Origin: Escherichia phage vB_EcoM_G53
Sequence record: MK327943.1
Strand: one strand, 5' to 3'
DNA length: 64,000 nt
The stretch's first letter is position 1. Each line of letters starts with the position of its first letter. The translations under genes were made by a program, and so were the position numbers. Shown here piece by piece: positions 49,628 to 59,245 of the stretch. The notes below the pieces were generated by a model that had not been told where the DNA came from, searched no databases, and saw nothing but the letters and a program-made list of their open reading frames with translations.

Positions 49628-50755
49628 ATGGAAAAATTTATGGCTAAGTTTGGACAAGGATACGTCCAAACGCCATTTTTATCGGAAAGCAATTCAGTAC
49701 GATTTAAATTAAGCATAGCGGGCTCTTGTCCGCTATCAACATCTCCTGCTTATATTAAGTTTCAAGATAATCCACTTGGGTCCCAGGTTTTTTCCGTTGG
49801 ATTAAACGTTCGTGTAATAAATCCTACAACAGGTGCAGTAGTTGAATCTAAGACATATAATTTCTCTACTGAAAACGACGCCACGTCAAGTGCATTTGTT
49901 ACTTTCATGGACACATATGCTTCAAATTTTATATTTGCTCTTGTTACTAACGCTAAAACAAACTTTCCACCTGAAGTTCTTGCATGGTTTACTAAAGCTG
50001 GGAGTTCTGCTATTCCATTAGCTCAACAAGTTTTAAATATAGTGGACATTTCTTATTCAGCATTTTATATTTCTGGTAAGAATGCTATAGCACTAGAACA
50101 TATTAAGTATAGTAATAAGAAAACTTCATCCGACTATAGTACACCACTTGATGTTGTGTACGACACTATCGATGATATTGGTGCTACCGGCTTCCCTAGT
50201 CGTACGTATGAATCGTCAGACACATTTTTATCTGCTGTTGGAGGTACTAATAATGAAATTAAAAGGATGCCTACAACATCCCTTATTACACCTCTCGCTG
50301 GGTATAAATTGAAGCCTGGAGATTTCCTTTATATGAAATTCCAACTAATGGCCAATGCTGATTTGTTAGCACAAGGGACGGCACGACTTTCTATTCGTTT
50401 CTTTAAATCTCCTTCTACTTCACCTATTTCATTTAAGGATATAAACTTTGATGGGGGCGCAGGTGAATGGAAGATATATGAAGACTACATAGAAATTCCT
50501 GCTGGTGCTGACGGGTTCACGATTTATTGTTATCGTACAGCTCCAGTCGGGCAAGGTGGATTAAGAAACGTTATATTCACTGAAGTATCATGTAATGGAA
50601 GCGTTTCAAAACCTGCTGAGTTTGGTATAAACGGTATTCGTGTAAATTATGTTTCAGAATCTTTAAGTGCTCCAGACATAATGACATTACCTACTCAATC
50701 TTCAACTGATACTGGTAAGGTATTTGGACAAGAATTTAAAGAAGCATCAGAATAA
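49628..50755 (+). CDS. 35: Long tail fibre hinge connector gp35
   Basis: 375 aa, synteny. Confidence 0.9.
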   Translation: MEKFMAKFGQGYVQTPFLSESNSVRFKLSIAGSCPLSTSPAYIKFQDNPLGSQVFSVGLNVRVINPTTGAVVESKTYNFSTENDATSSAFVTFMDTYASNFIFALVTNAKTNFPPEVLAWFTKAGSSAIPLAQQVLNIVDISYSAFYISGKNAIALEHIKYSNKKTSSDYSTPLDVVYDTIDDIGATGFPSRTYESSDTFLSAVGGTNNEIKRMPTTSLITPLAGYKLKPGDFLYMKFQLMANADLLAQGTARLSIRFFKSPSTSPISFKDINFDGGAGEWKIYEDYIEIPAGADGFTIYCYRTAPVGQGGLRNVIFTEVSCNGSVSKPAEFGINGIRVNYVSESLSAPDIMTLPTQSSTDTGKVFGQEFKEASE

Positions 50756-50760
50756 ATTTA

Positions 50761-50778
50761 GGGAGACTTCGGTCTCCC
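50761..50778 (+). terminator. Terminator hairpin after gene 35
   Basis: GGGAGAC-UUCG-GUCUCCC + AUUUUUG. Confidence 0.6.
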
Positions 50779-50785
50779 ATTTTTG

Positions 50786-50793
50786 TATAAATA
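50786..50793 (+). promoter_or_regulatory. Late promoter TATAAATA (gene 36)
   Basis: Exact motif upstream of gene 36, just after terminator hairpin. Confidence 0.55.
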
Positions 50794-50817
50794 TGGTATA
50801 CATATAAGGAGACAACT

Positions 50818-51483
50818 ATGGCCGATTTAAAAGCTGGTAGTACAACTGGCGGTGCTGTTATATGGCATCAAGGTAATTTCCCTTTAATGCCAGCAGGTGA
50901 TGACGTCCTGTATAAAACGTTTAAACTCTATTCAGAATATAATAAACCACAAGCTGCTGATAACGATTTCGTTTCTAAAGCTAATGGTGGTACTTATGCA
51001 TCAAAGGTAACATTTAACGGTGGCGTTCAAGTTCCGTATGCTGTAAACAACACAAACCCATGCGGTGTTTATCCAGGTAACGGTGATAATGCTACTTTTG
51101 CTGTAGCAAATATCGATATTGTTTCGTGGAATGGTATTGGTTTTAAATCATCACAAGGTTCAGCAGCTCGAACTGTTGTAATTAATGCACGCAATGGTGA
51201 TATTAGTACAAAAGGCGTTGTATCTGCTTCAGGACAAGTAAGAAGCGATATGACTGCTCCGGTTGCAGCAAATGATCTCACAAGAAAAGATTATGTTGAT
51301 GGACGAATAAATATTGTTACGGATAACGCAAATTCCCGTGTATTGCGTAAAGGCGATACCATGACTGGTACTTTAACAGCACCAAACTTTTTCTCACAGA
51401 ATCCGGCGTCTGAGGCTAATCATGTTCCTCGTTTCGACCAGATTGTAATTAAAGATTCTGTTCAAGATTTCGGCTATTATTAA
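50818..51483 (+). CDS. 36: Long tail fibre distal connector gp36
   Basis: 221 aa as in T4, late promoter upstream. Confidence 0.9.
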   Translation: MADLKAGSTTGGAVIWHQGNFPLMPAGDDVLYKTFKLYSEYNKPQAADNDFVSKANGGTYASKVTFNGGVQVPYAVNNTNPCGVYPGNGDNATFAVANIDIVSWNGIGFKSSQGSAARTVVINARNGDISTKGVVSASGQVRSDMTAPVAANDLTRKDYVDGRINIVTDNANSRVLRKGDTMTGTLTAPNFFSQNPASEANHVPRFDQIVIKDSVQDFGYY

Positions 51484-51491
51484 GAGGACTT

Positions 51492-54400
51492 ATGGCTACA
51501 TTAAAACAGATACAATTTAAAAGAAGCAAAGTGGCAGGAGTTAATCCTACTGCAGCACAATTAGCCGAAGGCGAATTAGCGATAAACTTAAAAGACCGAA
51601 CTCTTTTTACTAAAGATGACCTCGGTAATATTATTAGCCTAGGCTTTGCTAAGGGCGGGCAAGTTGACGGCAACGTTACTATTAACGGACTTTTGAGATT
51701 AAATGGCGATTATGTACAAACAGGCGGAATGACTGTAAACGGACCTATTGGTTCTACTGATGGCGTAACTGCAAAAGTTTTCAGATCTACACAGGGTTCA
51801 TTTTATACAAGAGCAACAAACGATACTGCAAATGCCCATCTTTGGTTTGAAAATACAAATGGCTCAGAACGTGGTGTTTTATATTCAAAACCGCAGTCTG
51901 AAAATGAAGGCGTAATTACAATGCGTGTTCGTCAAGGAACCGCTGCGGGAGCTCAAAATTCAGAATTTCATTTCATTTCTACCGATGGCGGTATCTTCCA
52001 GGCACGCAAATTAACTGCTTTAACTTCTATTAGTACACCAACTATTAGTGTTAATTTAATTAATCATGATTCTAAATCATTTGGACAATACGATTCGCAG
52101 TCATTAGTTCAATATGTTTATCCTGGAACCGGTGAAACAAACGGAATCAATTACCTTCGTAAAGTTCGAGCTAAATCAGGCGGAACCATTTACCATGAAA
52201 TCGCTTCTTCGCAAACCGGAAAAAGTGATGAAATTTCTTGGTGGACTGGAAATACAGCCGTTAATAAACAAATGGGTCTTCGTAATGATGGGTCTTTAGT
52301 ATTACGACGCTCGCTCGCAATTGGTACAATTACAACAGATGAAAACATTAATAACTACGGCTCCGCTGGAGCAATGGGCGAATGTTATATAGTTATCGGT
52401 GATGCATCAACAGGTTTATCATACAAAAAAACTGGAGTATATGATTTAGTTGCTAGTGGTCTTTCTTTAGCATCTATTACTCCTGATAGTTTCCGTAGTA
52501 CCCGTAAAGCGATTTTTGGGCGCTCAGAAGACCAAGGTACAACATGGATTATGCCTGGAACGAACGCTGCATTTTTATCGGTTCAAACACAGGCTGATGA
52601 AAACACTGCTGGAGACGGTCAAACCCATATTGGATATAATTCTGGCGGAAAAATGAACCACTATTTCCGTGGTAAAGGCAAAACTAATATTAATACTCAG
52701 GAAGGTATGGAAGTTAATCCGGGTATTTTGAAATTGGTAACTGGCTCTAATAATGTAATGTTTTATGCTGATGGCGGTATTACATCTGTTAAGCAGCTTT
52801 CAATATATAATGGCATATATTTAGCAGCTAATAATTCTACTGCTGGGCTAACATTCGCTCCAACTACTACAATTGATGGCACTAAGCAAATTTTGTGGGA
52901 AGGCGGTACTCGTGCTGGTCAGAATAAAAGCTATGTAACTGTTAAAGCATGGGGTAATTCATTTAACGCATCCGGCGATCGTAATCGTGAAACTGTATTT
53001 GAAGTTAGTGACGGGCAAGGATATTATTTTTATTCACAGCGTGTGGCTCCAAGTGGCTCTGAAACTACTGGGCCTGTTGTAACCCAGTTCAATGGACAAG
53101 TTAATGCTAGAGGAAGTATTATTACTGACGGAAGTCTTAGAGTTAACGGATTAAGTACATTATCCGGACAAGTTACTATGGATAACGGGCTTGTTTTATC
53201 CGGCGGTGGTTCTATTACCGGTCAAGTTAAAATCGGTAATACCGCAGATGCTTTCCGTATTTACAATGCTGAATATGGAGCTATTTTCCGTCGTTCTGAA
53301 GCGTCTTTGCATATTATACCTACACTTAAAGATGCAGGTGAAAGTGGTGGTATTTCTAACCTTCGCCCATTGAGTGTTTCTCTTAACAACGGTATGGTTC
53401 AAATGCGCCATTCTGTTACGTTAGGTGATGATGGTGCTGGCGGTAATATGGTGACCGTTGATAATGATAATAAACTTGTTGTTATAACTAGTCATAGTCG
53501 CATTTCTCCTAATTACCGTATGCAATTAGGACAATCGGCATATATCGACGCTGAATGTACTGATACTGCACGACCTGCTGGAGCCGGTTCTTTTGCTTCA
53601 CAAAATAATGAAAACGTTCGTGCTCCGTTCTATATGAATATTGATAGAACAGATACAAGCACTTATGTTCCTATTGTGAAACAAAGATACGTTCAAAATA
53701 ATAGTTGTTATTCTATTGGTACTTTAATTAATGGTGGTAACTTTAGAGTTCATTATCACGAAGGTGGTGACGGCGTTTCTACTGGTGCTATTATAAAGGA
53801 TCTTGGATGGGAATTTAATAAAAACGGTGATTTTTATTCTCCTGGTAAATTAGGCGCTGGTAATGTTCGTATTGGTACTGATGGTAATATCACCGGTGGT
53901 TCTGGCAACTTTGCTAACTTGAATACCACAATAAATAACCTTAAGACGGATATTGTCTCAAGTTATCCTATTGGTGCTCCGATTCCTTGGCCTACTGATA
54001 CACCTCCTGAAGGTTATGCCATAATGGAAGGTCAAACATTTGATGCTGGCTTGTATCCTAAGTTAGCTGCGGTGTATCCTTCCGGCGCTCTGCCTGATAT
54101 GCGCGGTCAAACTATCAAGGGTAAACCATCTGGGCGTGCTGTATTAAGTACAGAAGCAGATGGTGTTAAGTCACATAGCCATAGTGCAAGTGCATCAAGC
54201 ACAGATTTGGGTACTAAAAACACATCAAGTTTTGATTATGGTAGCAAAACGACTTCAAGCTTTGATTATGGTACTAAGACCAGTAATACCACTGGTAACC
54301 ATAACCATACAGTGAGTGGTAATACTAGTTCCGCAGGAGCTCACCAACACGCGCGTTCAGGTCCTCAGGTCACTGCTGCATGGGCAGACGATTTGTTTAG

Positions 54401-54719
54401 AGACGGGGTTACTACGATAGGTGCAAACTCATATGCTAAAATTAACTCAGGTATCACTGGTTCGACTTTAGCAACTAAGGTCGGTAAAACATCAAATGAC
54501 GGTGCCCACACCCATAGTTGGTCAGGAACTACTAGCTCTACGGGTAACCATGCTCATACGGTAGGTATTGGTGCTCATACCCATTCGGTAGGTATTGGTG
54601 CTCATTCTCATACTGTTGCAATTGGTTCCCATGGACATACAATAACTGTAAATGCCACAGGAAATACAGAAAACACAGTTAAAAACGTTGCTTTTAACTA
54701 TATCGTTCGTTTAGCATAA
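51492..54719 (+). CDS. 37: Long tail fibre distal subunit gp37 (receptor-binding) with His-x-His boxes
   Basis: 1075 aa; C-terminal repeated GxHxH motifs (NHNHT, AHTHS, AHSHT, SHGHT); followed by T4-type gp38. Confidence 0.93.
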   Translation: MATLKQIQFKRSKVAGVNPTAAQLAEGELAINLKDRTLFTKDDLGNIISLGFAKGGQVDGNVTINGLLRLNGDYVQTGGMTVNGPIGSTDGVTAKVFRSTQGSFYTRATNDTANAHLWFENTNGSERGVLYSKPQSENEGVITMRVRQGTAAGAQNSEFHFISTDGGIFQARKLTALTSISTPTISVNLINHDSKSFGQYDSQSLVQYVYPGTGETNGINYLRKVRAKSGGTIYHEIASSQTGKSDEISWWTGNTAVNKQMGLRNDGSLVLRRSLAIGTITTDENINNYGSAGAMGECYIVIGDASTGLSYKKTGVYDLVASGLSLASITPDSFRSTRKAIFGRSEDQGTTWIMPGTNAAFLSVQTQADENTAGDGQTHIGYNSGGKMNHYFRGKGKTNINTQEGMEVNPGILKLVTGSNNVMFYADGGITSVKQLSIYNGIYLAANNSTAGLTFAPTTTIDGTKQILWEGGTRAGQNKSYVTVKAWGNSFNASGDRNRETVFEVSDGQGYYFYSQRVAPSGSETTGPVVTQFNGQVNARGSIITDGSLRVNGLSTLSGQVTMDNGLVLSGGGSITGQVKIGNTADAFRIYNAEYGAIFRRSEASLHIIPTLKDAGESGGISNLRPLSVSLNNGMVQMRHSVTLGDDGAGGNMVTVDNDNKLVVITSHSRISPNYRMQLGQSAYIDAECTDTARPAGAGSFASQNNENVRAPFYMNIDRTDTSTYVPIVKQRYVQNNSCYSIGTLINGGNFRVHYHEGGDGVSTGAIIKDLGWEFNKNGDFYSPGKLGAGNVRIGTDGNITGGSGNFANLNTTINNLKTDIVSSYPIGAPIPWPTDTPPEGYAIMEGQTFDAGLYPKLAAVYPSGALPDMRGQTIKGKPSGRAVLSTEADGVKSHSHSASASSTDLGTKNTSSFDYGSKTTSSFDYGTKTSNTTGNHNHTVSGNTSSAGAHQHARSGPQVTAAWADDLFRDGVTTIGANSYAKINSGITGSTLATKVGKTSNDGAHTHSWSGTTSSTGNHAHTVGIGAHTHSVGIGAHSHTVAIGSHGHTITVNATGNTENTVKNVAFNYIVRLA
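54180..54640. repeat. Short tandem repeats in gp37 tip-coding region
   Basis: Repeated acttcaagYtttgattatggta units and gtaggtattggtgctcat units. Confidence 0.7.
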
Positions 54720-54724
54720 GGAGA

Positions 54725-54739
54725 AGGGGCTTCGGTCCC
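54725..54739 (+). terminator. Hairpin after gene 37
   Basis: GGGGC-UUCG-GUCCC + UUUUU. Confidence 0.5.
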
Positions 54740-54749
54740 TTTTTATAAT

Positions 54750-55301
54750 ATGAAACTCTATCACTATTATTTTGACACTAAAGAATTTTACAAAGAAGAA
54801 AATTATAAACCATTAAAAGGCGTAGGATTTCCGGCTCATTCGACACCAAAAAAACCTTTAGACCCTAAAGAAGGCTATGCTGTTATATTTGACGAACGCG
54901 AGCAAGAATGGGTATATGTTGAAGACCATCGAGGAAAAACAGTATGGACTTATGATAAGCAAAAAATTGTTATTGACACTCCAGGTGCTCTTCAAAATGT
55001 TACTACAGAAGAACCTGGCGAATTTGACATTTGGACTGACGACGGGTGGAAGGAAGATGAAGCGTATAAGCGGGTAGTTCAACGTGATAAGAAAATTCAT
55101 GAACTCTATAAATTATTCAGTGTTTTAAGTTCTCTTATTGATGCAGAGGTTGCTAATAGAGAAGAAAAACGAAAATTTAAAGAGCTCAAAAAATTCTTTG
55201 CCCTTTTAGAAAAACATGAACATCTTGGCGGCGAATTCCCTAAATTCCCTGACCTTGAAAGCAAATCACTTGTTAAACGAATTATAAATATCTTTAAGTA
55301 A
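54750..55301 (+). CDS. 38: gp38 tail-fibre assembly chaperone (T4 type)
   Basis: 183 aa; close match to recalled T4 gp38 (MK.YHYYFDTKEFYKEENYKP...). Confidence 0.9.
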   Translation: MKLYHYYFDTKEFYKEENYKPLKGVGFPAHSTPKKPLDPKEGYAVIFDEREQEWVYVEDHRGKTVWTYDKQKIVIDTPGALQNVTTEEPGEFDIWTDDGWKEDEAYKRVVQRDKKIHELYKLFSVLSSLIDAEVANREEKRKFKELKKFFALLEKHEHLGGEFPKFPDLESKSLVKRIINIFK

Positions 55302-55310
55302 GGAGGTATT

Positions 55311-55970
55311 ATGGCAACACCAAAAGTGTCATTTTCGCCTAGTGATATTCTATTTGGGTTGCTAGATCGTATTTTCAAAGATAACGCTACTGGAAAGGTT
55401 TTAATGTCCCGAGTAGCGGTAATTATTCTTTTGTTCCTAATGGCACTAATATGGTACAAAGGAAGTATTTTGCTGGATTATTATGTAAGATCTAAGTATG
55501 ATACTTATACTGAAATAATCCAAAAAGAACGAGCTTTACGTTTTGAATCTGCGGCTCTAGAACAACTGCAAATAGTTCATATCTCATCTGGTGCAGATTT
55601 TAGTGCTGTGTATTCTTTCAGACCTAAAAACTTAAATTATTTCGTCGACCTTATAGCTTATGAAGGCAAACTGCCTAGCACAATTTCTGAAAAGTCCCTT
55701 GGCGGATTTCCAGTGGACAAAACGGCCAATGAATATATAATTCATTTAAGTGGCCGTCATTTCTCGTCTAAATCAGAATTTGCATTTTTGCCTACAAAAT
55801 CTAAGACTGCCGAACTTTCTTATATGTATAGTTGTCCATACTTTAATTTGGATAACATCTATGCTGGAACTGTGACGATGTATTGGTATAAGGGGAATAA
55901 TATACTTGAGGAAGATCGCTTAGCGGCTATATGCAACCAAGCGGTCCGAATACTAGGAAGGGCTAAATAA
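55311..55970 (+). CDS. t: Holin T
   Basis: 219 aa; strong match to recalled T4 holin incl. single TM segment. Confidence 0.95.
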   Translation: MATPKVSFSPSDILFGLLDRIFKDNATGKVLMSRVAVIILLFLMALIWYKGSILLDYYVRSKYDTYTEIIQKERALRFESAALEQLQIVHISSGADFSAVYSFRPKNLNYFVDLIAYEGKLPSTISEKSLGGFPVDKTANEYIIHLSGRHFSSKSEFAFLPTKSKTAELSYMYSCPYFNLDNIYAGTVTMYWYKGNNILEEDRLAAICNQAVRILGRAK

Positions 55971-56243
55971 TTAGTTGTTAGAATACATCGCTAAATGACG
56001 ATAAATATTTTCAAAACCTTCATTGAATTCACTAATCAGTGTTTTCTTTTCTTCGGCAGTTAAATTTGTAATTAGTTTTCTGAACGAATTCTGATTTAGC
56101 TGCCGACCATCTTTTTTAATTCCAATCTCATTCAAGAATCCGATGAAACTTGCTCGGTCTTCAACAATATCTTCCCTAGAGAATTTAATCAAAATAGAAG
56201 CAATAGTAATAATTTCGCGTACGATTTCAATGTCTTTATTCAT
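55971..56243 (-). CDS. asiA: Anti-sigma70 factor AsiA
   Basis: 90 aa; close match to recalled T4 AsiA. Confidence 0.93.
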   Translation of the reverse strand: MNKDIEIVREIITIASILIKFSREDIVEDRASFIGFLNEIGIKKDGRQLNQNSFRKLITNLTAEEKKTLISEFNEGFENIYRHLAMYSNN

Positions 56244-56289
56244 AACGTTTTATTCATTCCACTTAATTGATAGGAGTATAGTACCATTA

Positions 56290-56451
56290 TCAGTGTTGAT
56301 TGTAAACGGCTTTTTCTACGCTTTTAACGTAATTGGTATAGTCTTCCTGTTCGTACGAGTTTAAGGCTAAGAACGAGGCTAATAGTTCATTATAGACTAA
56401 AGCCTCACGCTCACGTTCGGCCTCTACTACGTTCTGAAGATTATGACTCAT
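56290..56451 (-). CDS. Hypothetical small acidic protein
   Basis: ORF with internal ATG start downstream of arn-like gene. Confidence 0.4.
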   Translation of the reverse strand: MSHNLQNVVEAEREREALVYNELLASFLALNSYEQEDYTNYVKSVEKAVYNQH

Positions 56452-56740
56452 ATTGTTCCTTATAACTATCAATGTAGTCCTGTATGTCGAAGAATGACAT
56501 TTCATATTCTAGGACATTAAGAGCCCGTTCTTCAGTATAGTCAGAACCAAAGACGATAGTGATTTCACCAGGCTTCATGTGATTGAAATCGACACTAAAA
56601 GGAATACGAGAACATACTTCGTCTTCCATATCTACGATAACACTACGACACACTTCTCGGTTAACCTGATAAAGCTCTGCAAGTTCTTCACAACGAATAA
56701 CAAGTTCAGTGGCAGGATTTTCTTTGATTTTAGTAAGCAT
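56441..56740 (-). CDS. Hypothetical acidic protein, possibly Arn (anti-restriction nuclease) by position
   Basis: 99-aa acidic ORF between asiA and motA; identity to T4 Arn not verified. Confidence 0.45.
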   Translation of the reverse strand: MLTKIKENPATELVIRCEELAELYQVNREVCRSVIVDMEDEVCSRIPFSVDFNHMKPGEITIVFGSDYTEERALNVLEYEMSFFDIQDYIDSYKEQYES

Positions 56741-56814
56741 AGTCTTTACCCTTATGTTTTTGTTTGCGTTTAGATTGAAGTTCTGATTTCTTCTTGTCCT
56801 TATGGACAGAAGCC

Positions 56815-57042
56815 TTATTGAAATCGTGTTTTGCTACAAGATTGTTCATAATGATTTATAACCTCATTTAAACATTTGTCTGTGAAAGAAAACTTTTTAG
56901 CCACAGAACATTCGATAATGTGCTCTTTCAAATCTTTAGAGTCAGTATAACCCATCTCAGTAATAAAGTGGCGAATTAAAGCTTTATTCTTATCATTAAC
57001 AGAATTAAAATAATCTGCTTTAGAATCAATTATTCTCATCAT
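56815..57042 (-). CDS. Hypothetical protein
   Basis: 75-aa ORF. Confidence 0.5.
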   Translation of the reverse strand: MMRIIDSKADYFNSVNDKNKALIRHFITEMGYTDSKDLKEHIIECSVAKKFSFTDKCLNEVINHYEQSCSKTRFQ

Positions 57043-57307
57043 CTAATTTCCTTAATTGATATTGCAACGAGCTAATAATTTCTTCATTCATTTTAATATA
57101 CATGTCGCGCAAGAAAGGTTTTAACCCATCACGAATAATTGCTAACGTATCACCTTTACATAAATTAACCAAATAAGGATGGTCTAAAGCATCCCAACCA
57201 GGCTGATTAGCATACATACCATAATTTTCTTCCATCATAGCATTCAGGCGTTTGATATGATTAATGTGGGCTTCAATAGCATCAATCTGGAGTTGTTTAA
57301 GATTCAT
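57026..57307 (-). CDS. Hypothetical protein
   Basis: 93-aa ORF. Confidence 0.5.
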   Translation of the reverse strand: MNLKQLQIDAIEAHINHIKRLNAMMEENYGMYANQPGWDALDHPYLVNLCKGDTLAIIRDGLKPFLRDMYIKMNEEIISSLQYQLRKLDDENN

Positions 57308-57768
57308 TAGTAAAGGTCCTCAGAGTAAAGTTCTTTTTCATTACCACCACGTTCAATACGTACTTGTCCAGCGTAAGTTGCAATAATCATTGCTTCTTCA
57401 CGTGTCCAATAATTACTATATTGGTCAATAAACCCTTGGTCATCATCACAAACTTGTTGAGTAACTAATTGAGGTTTAACTACATCTAAAACTTCTGCCA
57501 TATCTTTAGAATAATGACGAGCACCTGGAATAATAAGAGTTCGTCCATCTTTTAATTTAAAACGGTTGGCTGCGCAGACAATTCGTCGTTGATACTTTTG
57601 GTTTTCATCCCAATACAGAGTCTGCCAACAGATTTCAGGAACTTCATCTAAAACATTTTGTTCTGTATATTCACCACCGTAAGAAGCTAATTTAGCAGCC
57701 AGACTTTCCGGAGTCTCACGCGACAAAGCTTTATCTAACAGAGCTAAACGTTCTTTAAAAGTTTTCAT
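57307..57768 (-). CDS. Hypothetical protein
   Basis: 153-aa ORF. Confidence 0.55.
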   Translation of the reverse strand: MKTFKERLALLDKALSRETPESLAAKLASYGGEYTEQNVLDEVPEICWQTLYWDENQKYQRRIVCAANRFKLKDGRTLIIPGARHYSKDMAEVLDVVKPQLVTQQVCDDDQGFIDQYSNYWTREEAMIIATYAGQVRIERGGNEKELYSEDLY

Positions 57769-58094
57769 TTAAACCATCCTTTAATACGTTGCCAAATAGA
57801 TTTTTGTGCTTGTTTATTAACACCAATTGAACGAATAACCGGTTGTGACTGCTGATATTCTTTATAATCTTCTTTATAGATTTCGTAAGCTGCATCAACA
57901 AATGAACTGATCGCTGCCATAAAGTTTTTACGAAGACCAAATGGCGCGTCATTATTTTCACGAATAACCGTATATTGGCCTGCTTTAATCTTTACAATTG
58001 TCCCTAAATAAGCCCCGTGATACCAAATATCCCATCCTTCCTGAGTAGGTTCTGCACATTTACGAAGTTCGTTAATAATATTCAGCTTATTCAT
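57765..58094 (-). CDS. Hypothetical protein
   Basis: 109-aa ORF, 4-nt overlap with downstream gene. Confidence 0.55.
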   Translation of the reverse strand: MNKLNIINELRKCAEPTQEGWDIWYHGAYLGTIVKIKAGQYTVIRENNDAPFGLRKNFMAAISSFVDAAYEIYKEDYKEYQQSQPVIRSIGVNKQAQKSIWQRIKGWFK

Positions 58095-58104
58095 TATGTA
58101 TTCC

Positions 58105-58737
58105 TCACAGTACGTTAGTTACAAGGGTAATGATTTCTTTGGAAACATTAGGGAAGTCAATGTAAGTATATTTACCACCGATCTTAATCTTAACATCATT
58201 TTCAAGAGAAGTAAACAGCTTTGATTCGGTTTCTGACATGTTGTATGCAAAGATTCTAAGAGCGCCATCTCGTCGAATTTCAATTTGGCGAATACCTAGA
58301 ACTCGTTTAGCGAATCGAACTTCCAAGTTACTACGGTTTTCACCAATTTCTTTAACTTCAACTTTATCTTTAATATTTTCAAAAACAAAGTTTGCTAATT
58401 CATGCATTTCAGGAGTAACTCCACGTGCTTTTCTAGTGTTACGTTTCTGAAGAAGTTCTGGAGCATTTTCTTGGGCAAAGAGGTCTGCAGCTTTTTGGAT
58501 AATATCCATTGCTTCGCCTGTTGCTACAAGTCCATCACCGGATTTTTCGACTAAACCTTTCTTAATCAATACACCAATGTTAGAGTTAACAACCGATGCA
58601 TTGTATTCCGCTTCCAGAGCTTCACGGACATTGGCAGCAGTGGTGAAGTTGTTCTTAATGATATAAACCATTATTGCAGCAGTTTTTTCATTCAGAGCGT
58701 TTTCAGAAGCTTTGATGATGTAAGTAACTTTAGACAT
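58105..58737 (-). CDS. motA: MotA, activator of middle-mode transcription
   Basis: 210 aa; matches recalled T4 MotA. Confidence 0.92.
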   Translation of the reverse strand: MSKVTYIIKASENALNEKTAAIMVYIIKNNFTTAANVREALEAEYNASVVNSNIGVLIKKGLVEKSGDGLVATGEAMDIIQKAADLFAQENAPELLQKRNTRKARGVTPEMHELANFVFENIKDKVEVKEIGENRSNLEVRFAKRVLGIRQIEIRRDGALRIFAYNMSETESKLFTSLENDVKIKIGGKYTYIDFPNVSKEIITLVTNVL

Positions 58738-58806
58738 TTTATTTCTCCAAATTAGTATTTTTTTTTTTGATAGGTCTATAATATCATGTTTGAAGCAAAA
58801 GTAAAC
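58722..58806 (-). repeat. Promoter/RBS/start cassette, copy 1 (upstream of motA)
   Basis: ~90% identical to 59045-59127 incl. tttagacattttatttctccaa and gataggtctataatatcatgtttgaagc. Confidence 0.8.
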
Positions 58807-58843
58807 TTTATTTTGGGCTCTTTTTCAAAAGCCCTGGTAAAAT

Positions 58844-59059
58844 TTACAAACTCATTTCTTTAATAAGGCTAATAAGTTTTGCCTTTTTAGAACGAAGCTT
58901 TTCTAAATGATACCCGTTTGAACCGCGAACAACTAAAGAATTGATTTCAACTTCTAAGAAATTTAATTCTTCAACAAGTGCTTTACGGGGAGCATTCATA
59001 CCAGGTTTAACTTTACCGAAACGAGTAGTTGTGTTTTGGGTTAATTTCATTTTAGACAT
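58844..59059 (-). CDS. Hypothetical 71-aa basic protein with motA-like 5' leader
   Basis: ORF starting MSKMK preceded by duplicated promoter/RBS cassette. Confidence 0.55.
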   Translation of the reverse strand: MSKMKLTQNTTTRFGKVKPGMNAPRKALVEELNFLEVEINSLVVRGSNGYHLEKLRSKKAKLISLIKEMSL

Positions 59060-59127
59060 TTTATTTCTCCAATTTGGTTGTTTTGTTTTGATAGGTCTAT
59101 AATATCATGTTTGAAGCACATGTAAAC
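59045..59127 (-). repeat. Promoter/RBS/start cassette, copy 2
   Basis: Near-identical to 58722-58806. Confidence 0.8.
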
Positions 59128-59153
59128 TGTTTTGTGAGGAAAAATGCACAAAA

Positions 59154-59169
59154 GGGAGCCGAAGCTCCC
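59154..59169 (-). terminator. Terminator hairpin after gene 52
   Basis: GGGAGC-CGAA-GCUCCC followed by U-rich tract. Confidence 0.55.
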
Positions 59170-59245
59170 TAATCATGTTTGTCCAACCAATACAGCCAAA
59201 TCACTAGTGCAGCTATTGCACTGAGAAATCCTAAGGCTAGGGCAC

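Noticed and set aside
46507-54719. Short internal ORFs on both strands within tail fibre genes 34 and 37
   Set aside because: Embedded in long conserved tail-fibre reading frames; no independent signals.
59170-59245. Possible 26-aa hydrophobic peptide (TTG start) just downstream of gene 52, considered as stp analogue
   Set aside because: Non-ATG start, no RBS, and does not resemble the recalled hydrophilic T4 Stp peptide.
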